Below the pieces are notes generated by a model. It saw only the letters and a program-made list of their open reading frames with translations. It ran no database searches and was not told the DNA's origin. A DNA stretch of 52,246 bases from an uncultured bacterium (GTDB lineage Bacteria > Margulisbacteria > WOR-1 > XYC2-FULL-46-14 > WPAF01): positions 1-52,246 of the forward strand of contig CAIYXV010000017.1 of assembly GCA_903930225.1 (NCBI GenBank), given 5' to 3'. A program made the translations under genes and the position numbers. Below, in pieces: positions 1-8,782 of this stretch; within the stretch, counting starts at the first letter, position 1, and each line of letters opens with the position of its first letter.

Positions 1-1
1 T

Positions 2-634
2 CAAAATAAAGCCGTCCGCATTACGGAACAAGTATTAGCTTCGCTTAAGATAAAACCCGGGCAGACCGAAGCCGAAGTCGCACGCTCGATACTGAAAAAA
101 ATAAAATCGCTGGGTGGACAAAAGGAAGCTTTTAGGACGATTGTCGCTTCCGGGAAACGCTCTTCGCTGGTCCACGGGTTTTCAACCGGCAAAAGGATCA
201 GGCCGGGCGAAATCGTGATGATCGACTTCGGCGTGCTTTACCGGGAGTACCGTTCCGATATTACCCGGACATTTATTCTGGGTAAAATGTCGAGGATGCA
301 AAACAAGATATACCGCCTGGTGTTAAAGGCCCAGAAAGCGGCGCTCTCCGTGATCCGAGAAGGGGTTGAATGCCGCGAGGTTGATCTGGCGGCCCGCGAA
401 GTTATCCGGAAAGCCGGTTTCGGTAATTACTTCCGTCACACTACCGGACACGGTATCGGCATGAAAGTGCACCAGGCCCCCAAGCTTTCGCGCCGGAACC
501 GCAACCGTTTGAAGGCCGGCCAGGTAATAACGGTAGAACCGGGGATATATCTTAAACACTGGGGGATAAGGATCGAGGACATGGTAATGGTTACAAAGAA
601 GGGGTACCAATTATTAACGAAGGTGCCGAAATGA
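2..634 (+). CDS. Xaa-Pro aminopeptidase / M24B metallopeptidase, C-terminal part (5' end outside window)
   Basis: The frame of the listed 215..634 ORF stays open back to nt 2 (QNKAVRITEQVL...SLVHGFSTGKRIRPGEIVMIDFG). M24 pita-bread motifs are present: DITRT, HTTGHGIGMKVHQAP, VEPGIY, IRIED. The stop overlaps the next start (ATGA at 631-634). Confidence 0.85.
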   Translation, partial: QNKAVRITEQVLASLKIKPGQTEAEVARSILKKIKSLGGQKEAFRTIVASGKRSSLVHGFSTGKRIRPGEIVMIDFGVLYREYRSDITRTFILGKMSRMQNKIYRLVLKAQKAALSVIREGVECREVDLAAREVIRKAGFGNYFRHTTGHGIGMKVHQAPKLSRRNRNRLKAGQVITVEPGIYLKHWGIRIEDMVMVTKKGYQLLTKVPK

Positions 635-1293
635 AAGTATCGGTGATCATTGCCGCCGGCGGATCGGGGAAAAGGATGGGAAAACCGAAGCAATTTCTTC
701 CGCTTCTCGGGCGGCCGGTAGTAGCCTGGACGGTTGATGTTTTTAAAACCATCAAGCAGGTAAACCAGATCATTCTGGTCGCCGGGGGTGACGATTTGGC
801 CAGAGCAAAGGAATTTGGGGTCTATCTGGCTGAAAGCGGGAAAGAGAGGCAGGATTCGGTAAAGAACGGCCTCGATCTGGTCAAAAATGACTGTGATCTG
901 GTGCTGATCCACGACGGCGCGCGGCCGTTGGTAACCGCCGACATTATTGAGAAAGCGATAGAGGCGGCGGGGGAATGCGGTGCGGCGGTGGTCGGGGTGC
1001 CGGTAAAAGACACGATCAAAATGGTAGGTTATGATTTGATCATTAACGGGACCGCGGACCGCTCTATGCTCTGGCAGGCGCAGACCCCGCAGGCGTTCAA
1101 ATATGAAATCATCACCCGCGCGTATCAAAAGATCAAAGGGATCGTGACCGACGATTCGAAACTGGTTGAAGATCTGGGGATAAAGGTTAAAATGGTCATG
1201 GGTTCATACGAGAACATAAAGATCACCACCCCGGAGGACCTGGTCATGGCGGAAGCGATCTTGAGGAGCAGGAATGTTTCATCCAACGCTTGA
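631..1293 (+). CDS. ispD: 2-C-methyl-D-erythritol 4-phosphate cytidylyltransferase
   Basis: N-terminal VIIAAGGSGKRMG...PKQFL nucleotide-binding motif. The ~220 aa length and overall sequence pattern are typical of IspD. Confidence 0.9.
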   Translation: MKVSVIIAAGGSGKRMGKPKQFLPLLGRPVVAWTVDVFKTIKQVNQIILVAGGDDLARAKEFGVYLAESGKERQDSVKNGLDLVKNDCDLVLIHDGARPLVTADIIEKAIEAAGECGAAVVGVPVKDTIKMVGYDLIINGTADRSMLWQAQTPQAFKYEIITRAYQKIKGIVTDDSKLVEDLGIKVKMVMGSYENIKITTPEDLVMAEAILRSRNVSSNA

Positions 1294-2692
1294 GGAATTC
1301 ATCAAACTGTCAAAAGAGGGGAACCTGATCCCGATCTATAAAGAGATCGTGGCCGACATGGAAACGCCGGTCTCCGCGTACAAGAAAATAGAAGGGGATA
1401 ATTCCTTCCTTCTGGAATCGATCGAAGGGGGGGAGAACATCGCCCGCTACTCTTTTTTAGGCTCGAACCCGCTTAAGATCCTGAAGTTCAGCGAGGATCG
1501 GGACCCGTTCCCGGAGATCAAAAAATTCATGGCGCAGTTCAAGCCGGTGAAGCTTCCGGGCTTGCCGCGGTTCCATGGAGGCATTATCGGCTACTTCAGT
1601 TACGATTCTGTGCGTTTTATAGAGGACATCCCGCGGAAGAACCCGGACGAACTGAAGGTTCCCGATGTTCAGTTCATGTATACCGATACCCTGCTGGCGT
1701 TCGATCACGTAAAACACAAAATTCTGATCATCTCGAACGCGCACGTGAAAAATGATCCGAAAAAGGCGTACCTGGAAGCGGTAAGCAAGATAAAAGCGCT
1801 TGAGAAAAAGCTCAAGAAGCCGTTAAGGTCCACCGAGTTCGAGATCCCGCAGTCGACAAAAAAGGAATTAAAAATCGCTTCTAACTTTAAAAAAGAAGAG
1901 TTCATGGCGATGGTCGACCGCGCCAAAGAGCATATCCGGGCGGGAGATATCATCCAGGTCGTGTTGTCGCAAAGGTTCAGTTCAAAATTCGCGGGCAGCG
2001 CTTTTAACCTTTATCGGATATTAAGAACGATCAACCCTTCGCCGTACATGTATTATCTCAAGTTCGGCGAGTTGAAATTGGTGGGATCGTCGCCCGAGGT
2101 GATGGTGCGCTACGAAGGCGGGCGGGCGGTCATCCGTCCAATCGCGGGGACCCGGCCCCGCGGGAGCGATGAGATCGAGGACGCCAGAATGGCAGAAGAA
2201 CTGCTCGCCTCGGAAAAAGAGCGAGCGGAGCACATCATGCTGGTCGACCTGGCCCGCAACGACCTGGGCCGGGTCTGCGAGCCGAAAAGCGTCAGGGTCA
2301 CCGAAACCATGGCGATCGAAAGATATTCCCATGTCATGCACATTGTCAGCAACGTGACCGGTATATTACAGAAGAACAAGGACGCAATCGACCTGTTCAT
2401 GGCTTCTTTTCCGGCCGGCACCGTTTCCGGCGCGCCCAAGGTGAGGGCGATGGAGATCATCGACGAGCTGGAAAATCAAAAAAGGGGGCCTTACGCGGGC
2501 GCGATCGGCTACTTTTCGTTCTCCGGCGAGATGGATACCTGCATCACCATCCGCACGATCTTGCTTTCAAAAGGAAAGGCCTACATCCAGGCGGGGGCGG
2601 GGATCGTAGCCGACTCCAATCCCGAGTCCGAATATGAGGAGACCCGCAACAAGGCCCGGGGCATGCTTAAAGCAGTAGAACTGGCGCAATGA
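1274..2692 (+). CDS. trpE: anthranilate synthase component I
   Basis: 472 aa. Has the FLLESIEGG...ARYSFLG Trp-feedback-type motif and the chorismate-binding C-terminus (GTRPRG, HIMLVDLARNDLGRV, GAGIVADSNPESEYEET). An SD-like gaggagcagg precedes the ATG. Confidence 0.8.
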   Translation: MFHPTLEEFIKLSKEGNLIPIYKEIVADMETPVSAYKKIEGDNSFLLESIEGGENIARYSFLGSNPLKILKFSEDRDPFPEIKKFMAQFKPVKLPGLPRFHGGIIGYFSYDSVRFIEDIPRKNPDELKVPDVQFMYTDTLLAFDHVKHKILIISNAHVKNDPKKAYLEAVSKIKALEKKLKKPLRSTEFEIPQSTKKELKIASNFKKEEFMAMVDRAKEHIRAGDIIQVVLSQRFSSKFAGSAFNLYRILRTINPSPYMYYLKFGELKLVGSSPEVMVRYEGGRAVIRPIAGTRPRGSDEIEDARMAEELLASEKERAEHIMLVDLARNDLGRVCEPKSVRVTETMAIERYSHVMHIVSNVTGILQKNKDAIDLFMASFPAGTVSGAPKVRAMEIIDELENQKRGPYAGAIGYFSFSGEMDTCITIRTILLSKGKAYIQAGAGIVADSNPESEYEETRNKARGMLKAVELAQ

Positions 2693-3918
2693 TCAATTTA
2701 CGGATGCTCCGGGTATCCGATAAAAGCATGTTCGTGTCCATCTTCATTCTGGTCGCTATCGGCCTGGTCATGATCGCCAGCACCACCTATTTTTCGGAGC
2801 TCAAGGCCGGGCGGGACGCTTTGTTCTATATAAAAAGGCAGTTTGGCGCATTTATCTTCGGCTTTTTACTGATGGGGGCGGCGGCGTATTTTGATTACCG
2901 CCATCTGAAGAGATTTGCCCCGTTATTATATATTTCAATGATATTCCTGCTGCTGGCCGGGCACTTTTTCGGCGTTGCCTCCCAGGGAGCGCAGAGATGG
3001 ATCTATCTCGGCCCGTTCTCGTTCCAGCCGTCCGAAGTCGCAAAGCTGATCATGATCATCACCCTGGCGGCGTTCTTTGACATACGGAAAGAAAAATCCG
3101 ATATGATCAGCCCTCTGCTTTTGACTGCGGTCCCGTTCTTCCTGGTATTCAAACAGCCGGACCTCGGCACCGCGCTGGTCATCGGCGTGCTCGCGGTGGG
3201 GATGCTGCTCTGGAACAAGAATTCTCCGGTGCTTCTCACCATGGCCGTCAGCCCGTTCCTTTCGATCGTTTTAAGCCGCAATCTTTACGTCTGGATAATT
3301 TATCTCTTTGTCCTGTGGCTGCTGCTTTATTTCAGCCGCGTCAAAACCTTCGATATGCTCCTCATTCTGGGCTTGAACATTGGCGCGGGAGCGGCCTTTC
3401 CCGTGCTGTGGGGAATGCTGAAGGGATACCAGCAGATGCGGATCGTCACGTTTTTGAACCCCGGCCTCGATCCGCACGGCCTGGGGTACCACACGCTGCA
3501 GAGCACGATCGCTATCGGGGGCGGCGGGCTTTTTGGACAGGGACTGTTCCACGGCAGTCAGACCCAGCTGCAGTTCATTCCGATCCAGCACTCCGATTTT
3601 ATTTTTTCCGCGATTGGCGAAGAATTGGGCTTGGTTGGATCGCTAATGGTGCTGCTACTTTTCCTCAATATCATCTGGAGAGCGATCGTGCTGGCGGAGG
3701 AGTCCGAGGATTACTTCGGTTCGATCTTTGCCGCCGGCGCCGCGATCTTCATCGGCTTTCACGCGCTGGTCAACATGGGGATGACCATGGGGATCCTGCC
3801 GGTGGTCGGCATCCCTCTGCCTTTTGTCAGTTACGGCGGGACCTCGCTGGTGGTGAACATGACCGTGATCGGGATACTGCAGAGCATTGCGATGAGAAGG
3901 CAGAAGCTGATTTTTTAA
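2689..3918 (+). CDS. rodA: SEDS-family peptidoglycan glycosyltransferase (RodA-like; outside the dcw cluster)
   Basis: Polytopic membrane protein with FSFQPSEVAKL, KQPDLGTAL, SDFIFSAIGEELG and LPFVSYGGTS motifs. A second SEDS paralog sits in the dcw cluster, so this copy is called RodA-like. Confidence 0.7.
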   Translation: MINLRMLRVSDKSMFVSIFILVAIGLVMIASTTYFSELKAGRDALFYIKRQFGAFIFGFLLMGAAAYFDYRHLKRFAPLLYISMIFLLLAGHFFGVASQGAQRWIYLGPFSFQPSEVAKLIMIITLAAFFDIRKEKSDMISPLLLTAVPFFLVFKQPDLGTALVIGVLAVGMLLWNKNSPVLLTMAVSPFLSIVLSRNLYVWIIYLFVLWLLLYFSRVKTFDMLLILGLNIGAGAAFPVLWGMLKGYQQMRIVTFLNPGLDPHGLGYHTLQSTIAIGGGGLFGQGLFHGSQTQLQFIPIQHSDFIFSAIGEELGLVGSLMVLLLFLNIIWRAIVLAEESEDYFGSIFAAGAAIFIGFHALVNMGMTMGILPVVGIPLPFVSYGGTSLVVNMTVIGILQSIAMRRQKLIF

Positions 3919-3985
3919 CTCACCCCCTCCTCATTTTATTCGGTTTCCCCCTCTCTTAATAAGAGAGGGGGATCAAGGGGGTGAG
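3919..3985 (+). terminator. nested inverted repeat / strong hairpin between rodA and the DUF3006 gene
   Basis: The inner stem is a perfect 11 bp (ccccctctctt 3947-3957 pairing with aagagaggggg 3961-3971, 3-nt loop). An outer 10-bp stem encloses it (ctcaccccct 3919-3928 pairing with agggggtgag 3976-3985). No U-tract follows, so terminator function is uncertain. Confidence 0.3.
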
Positions 3986-4001
3986 TTCAGAGGAGGATAT
4001 A

Positions 4002-4232
4002 ATGAAAGGCGAAAAAAAAATAAAGGCCATGATCGACCGGTTCGAGGGGAGCAGGGCGGTCGTTTTTCTGGGGGAGGAAGAAAGGGAAGCGGTCGGTCTA
4101 AGCCGGGAATTTTTGCCGGATGGAGCTAAAGAAGGGGATATGCTCACTTTTAAGATCATACTTGAATCGCGCCGGACCAAAGAGGCCAAGGAAAAGGTGA
4201 ACGAGCTGATAGAGAAACTAAAGAATAAATGA
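4002..4232 (+). CDS. DUF3006-like small protein
   Basis: MIDRFEGSRAVVFLGEEE...LPDGAKEGDMLTF resembles the DUF3006 pattern. I prefer the ATG at 4002, with SD aggagg at 3991-3996, over the listed GTG at 3981, which lies inside the hairpin. Confidence 0.55.
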   Translation: MKGEKKIKAMIDRFEGSRAVVFLGEEEREAVGLSREFLPDGAKEGDMLTFKIILESRRTKEAKEKVNELIEKLKNK

Positions 4233-4290
4233 CCTCAAGACTGCAAGACTTAATTTGGTCATGTGGTCGAGTGGTCATGAGGTCTTGAAG

Positions 4291-5508
4291 TCATTTCCGT
4301 ATCCGAAATTCCGCTTCGACCGAGCCGACCGCGTCAAAGGTTTCATTCCTGACCGAAACTATTATCTTCTGGCACTTTATCCATTGATCCTTTTTGTTAA
4401 GGAAGATATTGCCGATAAGTGTGAGGGTCTCGTTTTTATCGGAATAACCAGCCGATTCCGCTTTTGCCTCTCTGCCTTTCTGGTAAACATGGACGTTGCC
4501 GGCGGCTTTGGCATCGCCTATCCTGGTCGATAATTCAAGACTGTCGGATGTGATCATGGTCTTTTCCGCCAGGAGTTTTTTCGCCTCATCGCTTTTAAGC
4601 TTGGCCGCGGTGTTCTCTTTGAGGATCGCCCGGGCCTTTTCAATGACCGTCCGGACCTTTCCGTTCAGAATTATCTTTTTTATTGCGTTACTGTATATCA
4701 AACTATCGGCAAGAGCCGTCTTTTTGCCCTGGAACACTTCCAGACTGCCGGAAGCGTTCAGGTCCTTGTTCTGATCCACGTAAAATTCCATGTATCCGCA
4801 ATTTACAAGCGTGGGGTTCGGCTTCCCGTCGATCCGGCATTTAACCTGGCCGCTGGAAACGAACCGCTCGTCCCGGGCAAAATAATTTAGACCGTCACAG
4901 GTAAGCTGGATCTCTTTTCTGGTAGTTCTGATATTATGATCGAGGGAAGCGATCTCCTTTTCGTGATCGATCGTCATGTTATCGGCGGAGAGGGTGGAAT
5001 CCCGGTCTTTTAAAATTATATTCCCCTGCATTATCGAATTTTTCGCGTTAGTATCGTAAGTGATCTGGTCCGCCGTAAGCTTCGCGAACTTGCGCTTCCC
5101 TTTGGGAGTAAAGGCGACGACCACCTTAAGGCGGCTTATGCCGGCCGGTTCGTTCTCCAACCTTCCGAACGCCCTGACCAGCTTGCTTGTTTTAAAGACC
5201 TGCACCCGCGGGGCTTCAAGGTCTTTTACGATGAGCTCTCCGTTCTTAAAGAACCTGCCTTTGGACACCCCTTCAAAATAGGTAATCTCCCGGTCCTTGC
5301 CCGACCAGCCTTTTTGAGCGCGGAATTCCCAGACCTTGCGGCCGTTCTCGTGGCCGGAAAAGAAGGCGGCACTAAATTCCATGATCCGGTCCACGCCGGT
5401 CACATCATATGAAACCGATTTGGGAAGGGCGATCAAATATACAATCACCAGCAGTATCAGCGAAGCGCCGGCCGCGATAAAGATCAGACGCCAGGGAGCG
5501 TTTTCCAT
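4291..5508 (-). CDS. membrane-anchored LptC/LptA (OstA)-like beta-jellyroll protein, apparent fusion
   Basis: Has an N-terminal TM anchor (WRLIFIAAGASLILLVIVYLIAL). This is followed by several OstA-type repeats (ADQITYDTNAKNSIMQGNIILKD..TLSADNMTID; ALADSLIYSNAIKKIILNGKV; AAGNVHVYQKGREAKAESAGYSDKNETLTLIGN). At 405 aa it is about the combined size of LptC plus LptA. Confidence 0.55.
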   Translation of the reverse strand: MENAPWRLIFIAAGASLILLVIVYLIALPKSVSYDVTGVDRIMEFSAAFFSGHENGRKVWEFRAQKGWSGKDREITYFEGVSKGRFFKNGELIVKDLEAPRVQVFKTSKLVRAFGRLENEPAGISRLKVVVAFTPKGKRKFAKLTADQITYDTNAKNSIMQGNIILKDRDSTLSADNMTIDHEKEIASLDHNIRTTRKEIQLTCDGLNYFARDERFVSSGQVKCRIDGKPNPTLVNCGYMEFYVDQNKDLNASGSLEVFQGKKTALADSLIYSNAIKKIILNGKVRTVIEKARAILKENTAAKLKSDEAKKLLAEKTMITSDSLELSTRIGDAKAAGNVHVYQKGREAKAESAGYSDKNETLTLIGNIFLNKKDQWIKCQKIIVSVRNETFDAVGSVEAEFRIRK

Positions 5509-5532
5509 TCCTGCATTCTAACATAAAACGGC

Positions 5533-5561
5533 TTGAATTCACTTTTTCAATGAACTAGAAT
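5533..5561 (+). promoter_or_regulatory. sigma70-like promoter for the collagen-like gene
   Basis: TTGAAT (5533-5538), 17-nt spacer, TAGAAT (5556-5561). SD aaggggag lies just upstream of the ATG at 5593. Confidence 0.45.
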
Positions 5562-5592
5562 ACAACCAAGTCAAATAATAAGGGGAGAGCAG

Positions 5593-8500
5593 ATGAAAAA
5601 TAAAAAGATCGCCATTCTTATTCCCATTTTTCTATTACTTATTACCGCGGTTTCTTTCGCCATACCCAGCCAGATCAATTATTCGGGCCGCCTGACCGAC
5701 ACTTCCGGCACCGCCCTTAACGGCCTCTATAATATGAGGTTCGCGATCGCTTCCGACAGCGCCGGCAATACCATTATTTGGGGGCCGGAGGAGCATCTCG
5801 CGGTCAATGTTGCGAACGGAGTTTTCGCAGTCAACTTGGGGACGACCACCCCGATCTCAAGTTCGGTCTTTAACGGGGACGCGAGATATGTGAGGGTTGA
5901 AGTTGCCAGCCCGGCGCTATCGTCAAATTATGAAATCATGTCTCCTTTGATGCGGCTGGTAAGCGTTGGGTACGCTTTCCATGCCGGGACCGCCGATCAG
6001 GCTTTGAGCGTGGCGGACGCATCCATTACGTCATCAAAAGCGGCCAGCGGCAATTTTGTAAAAAGAATAATCGCCGGATCGAACATCAATATATCGGGAG
6101 ATGAGGGGAGCGGGACCGGACAGGTGACGATCAGTGCGGTCGGGAGCGGGTTTGGGGGAACAGTGGAGGTTGACAATCTAACCATAGACCGTAACGCGAA
6201 TTCATCGCTTGAGGTTATGAATGGCGGGATCAGAGGCAGCAAACTTGCTTCAAATATAAACATTACAACATCGGGGACGATCTCAGCAAGTTCTTTAATT
6301 GGGACGTTCTACGGTGACGGTTCTCACTTAACCGGCATTACGGGAGAAGCTGGACCGCAGGGACCGATCGGTTTAACTGGACCTACGGGAGAAGTTGGCC
6401 CGCAAGGACCTATCGGATTGACCGGACCCACAGGAGAAGCTGGGCCTCAAGGATCGATCGGATTGACCGGACCTACGGGAGAAGTTGGCCCACAAGGACC
6501 GATTGGATTAACCGGACCTACGGGAGAAGTTGGTCCGCAAGGACCGATCGGCTTAACCGGGCCTACAGGAGAAGTGGGGCCGCAAGGTATTCAAGGTGTG
6601 CAAGGATTAGCTGGTGCGACTGGAGAAGTTGGCCCGCAAGGACCGATTGGATTGACTGGACCTACGGGGGAAGCCGGAACAAGTTCCTGGGTAGACGGCG
6701 TTGGGAAGGTTACGACAACTGTTGAAGTGGACGCTCAGTCAGGATTAAAAGTGACAGGCACCATTACGGCTGATTCTTTCAGCGGGAGCGGAAGCGGATT
6801 AACAGGTATCAATGCCCTAACTGCCATCCACGCGTATGATCTTTCGATCACGAGTGAGGTGCAAGGCGACGTCATTTACTTTGATGGAACCCATTGGGTG
6901 AGGCTGCCCGCAGGAATATCGGGTCAATTTCTCCAAACTAATGGTGCCAGCTCTAATCCGGCTTGGGCGACGGCCCATGATGCGTCTTTAAACAGTGCGC
7001 TTGGAACATTTGAGACCACGGCAGCACACGATTTATCATTGGGTACATTTGAAACGACATCACACGCTGCTAGTACGTATGCGCCAAGCACAGCTTTAGG
7101 GACGTTTGAGACTGCATCACATTCAGCAAGCACATATACGACAAATTTATCATTGAATAATGTGTTGGCCACATATGAAACTGCAGCAGCACATGATCTA
7201 TCATTGGGGACTTTTGAGACTACGGCAGCACACGATTCATCATTAGGGACTTATGAGACGGTATCCGCTCATGATACATCATTAAACAGCGCATTGGGAA
7301 CATTTGAAACGGCATCTCATGCAGCTGGAACATATGCTTTAACTACGGCTTTAGATACATTCGAGACTACAACAGCTCATAATGCATCATTAAACAGCGT
7401 TTTGGGAACCTTTGAGACTTCATCGCATGCAGCCAACACGTATGCATTTGGATCGGCATTAGGAACATTCGAAACGGCGTCTCATGCTGCCAGCACATAT
7501 ACGACCAATTCAGCTTTGAATACAGCATTAGGGACCTACGAAACGATAACAGGGTATAACACATCATTAAACAATACATTGGGAACCTTTGAAACGGCAG
7601 CAGCACACAATACATCTTTGGGAACCTTTGAAACGGTAACTGCGATGAATACTGCTCTGGGAACTTATGAAACTTCATCCCATGCGGCGAGCACTTACGC
7701 CACAAGCTCTGCTCTTACAACTCACACCTCAGCATCAGCCGGAGTCCATGGTGTAACCGGAGCAGTGGTTGGGACTTCTGATGCGCAGACCTTGATAAAT
7801 AAAACTCTTACCACGCCGGTTATCAACGGGACGATAACGGGAACGACCGTGATCCCTGTTGCCAATGGCGGAACCGGACAATCTGCGGCGCTGGTGGCAG
7901 GTGGTGTTCTATATGGCTCCTCTGCAACTGCGGTCGGAGTTACGGCTGCAGGTACCGCCGGACAGTTTTTGCAAAGTGCCGGCGCTGGAACGCCCGTTTG
8001 GGCGCAACCGGGTCCGGCAAGTGTACAAGTTTTCACTGTAGCAGGGGCGGGCATGTATACTACGCCGGCCGGCGTGAAAGCAATAATGGTTGAATTGGCA
8101 GGCGGCGGGGGTGGCAGTGGTGGTATTGTGGCTAGTGGTGCTGCTGCTCAACAAGGATGTGCTGGTGGTGGCGGCGGCGGCGGTGCTTATGCGCGCAAAC
8201 TTATTGTAAACCCGGCTGCCAGTTATGGATACACGGTTGGAGCGGCAGGTGCGGCTGGAGCAAATACTGGTACGGCTGGGGGGACTGGAGGAACTACACA
8301 ATTTAATGGCGCTGTCATTACTGCACCTGGCGGTTCTGGAGGCGCTGGTTGTGCTACTGCTCGTATTGGAACAGTTGCTCTGGGTGGGGCGGGTGGCATT
8401 GCCGGTATAGGCGGAGATTTCATGGCTACCGGTGGTGCGGGAGGAGGAGGTTCTTCTTGCAGATATATTGGAATTGGCGGCCAGGGGGGGAATTCAATAT

Positions 8501-8688
8501 TTGGAGGCGGTCCGCCTAGTCCTATGACCTCCGCTGCCGCCGGTCAAGGAGAATCCGCTGGTACTAATGGTACTCGTTATGGTGCCGGAGCTTCGGGGCC
8601 GGAATCTATTAGTACTGGTGCCAGTCAAGGTGCATTAGCAGGCGCTTCCGGTGCAGCGGGAGTCATAATTGTTTATGAGTATAAATAA
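5593..8688 (+). CDS. secreted collagen-like / tail-fibre-like repeat protein (1031 aa)
   Basis: Signal peptide [23 protein letters not shown]. The N-terminal [16 protein letters not shown] module is followed by 39 uninterrupted Gly-X-Y triplets, 14 L-G-T-F/Y-E-T repeats and a Gly-rich C-terminal domain. It is preceded by a clear promoter and SD. Confidence 0.85.
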   Translation: MKNKKIAILIPIFLLLITAVSFAIPSQINYSGRLTDTSGTALNGLYNMRFAIASDSAGNTIIWGPEEHLAVNVANGVFAVNLGTTTPISSSVFNGDARYVRVEVASPALSSNYEIMSPLMRLVSVGYAFHAGTADQALSVADASITSSKAASGNFVKRIIAGSNINISGDEGSGTGQVTISAVGSGFGGTVEVDNLTIDRNANSSLEVMNGGIRGSKLASNINITTSGTISASSLIGTFYGDGSHLTGITGEAGPQGPIGLTGPTGEVGPQGPIGLTGPTGEAGPQGSIGLTGPTGEVGPQGPIGLTGPTGEVGPQGPIGLTGPTGEVGPQGIQGVQGLAGATGEVGPQGPIGLTGPTGEAGTSSWVDGVGKVTTTVEVDAQSGLKVTGTITADSFSGSGSGLTGINALTAIHAYDLSITSEVQGDVIYFDGTHWVRLPAGISGQFLQTNGASSNPAWATAHDASLNSALGTFETTAAHDLSLGTFETTSHAASTYAPSTALGTFETASHSASTYTTNLSLNNVLATYETAAAHDLSLGTFETTAAHDSSLGTYETVSAHDTSLNSALGTFETASHAAGTYALTTALDTFETTTAHNASLNSVLGTFETSSHAANTYAFGSALGTFETASHAASTYTTNSALNTALGTYETITGYNTSLNNTLGTFETAAAHNTSLGTFETVTAMNTALGTYETSSHAASTYATSSALTTHTSASAGVHGVTGAVVGTSDAQTLINKTLTTPVINGTITGTTVIPVANGGTGQSAALVAGGVLYGSSATAVGVTAAGTAGQFLQSAGAGTPVWAQPGPASVQVFTVAGAGMYTTPAGVKAIMVELAGGGGGSGGIVASGAAAQQGCAGGGGGGGAYARKLIVNPAASYGYTVGAAGAAGANTGTAGGTGGTTQFNGAVITAPGGSGGAGCATARIGTVALGGAGGIAGIGGDFMATGGAGGGGSSCRYIGIGGQGGNSIFGGGPPSPMTSAAAGQGESAGTNGTRYGAGASGPESISTGASQGALAGASGAAGVIIVYEYK
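6334..6684 (+). repeat. coding tandem repeat: collagen-like 45-nt (15-aa) units GE[AV]GPQG[PS]IGLTGPT
   Basis: Read directly from the sequence: six canonical 15-aa units plus one 18-aa variant ([18 protein letters not shown]). GIT...GTS gives 39 consecutive G-X-Y triplets. The copies differ by synonymous substitutions. Confidence 0.9.
6973..7720 (+). repeat. coding degenerate tandem repeat: L-[GAD]-T-[FY]-E-T followed by x2-3-His
   Basis: Fourteen copies counted in the translation ([25 protein letters not shown], ...). Twelve of the 14 are followed by His within 3-4 residues. Unit length varies from about 11 to 17 aa. Confidence 0.85.
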
Positions 8689-8782
8689 ATTCATAAGACA
8701 GCGGGGTTGTTGGAAATGGCGGCGGGATGGTTAATGTGCCGGGTAACGGCATAATAATTGAAAGCGATGCCAATTAATTAAT

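Noticed and set aside
436-1128. 230-aa ORF on the minus strand
   Set aside because: It is antisense to the M24 peptidase and ispD, and it has no signal or motif of its own.
1274-2692. Orphan trpE (no trpG/D/C/B/A nearby) as a possible non-tryptophan chorismate-utilising enzyme
   Set aside because: The LLES...RYSF feedback motif and overall pattern fit a genuine TrpE. Scattered trp genes are common in compact genomes, so there is nothing to support a novel function.
3315-3959. 214-aa alternative-frame ORF on the plus strand
   Set aside because: It lies in another frame of rodA. Its Arg/Gly/Asp-rich translation looks non-protein-like.
6334-7720. Regularly spaced repeats that might superficially resemble a CRISPR or other non-coding array
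   Set aside because: The repeats are in frame within one long ORF, have no unique spacers of constant length, and translate to collagen and LGTFET peptide repeats.
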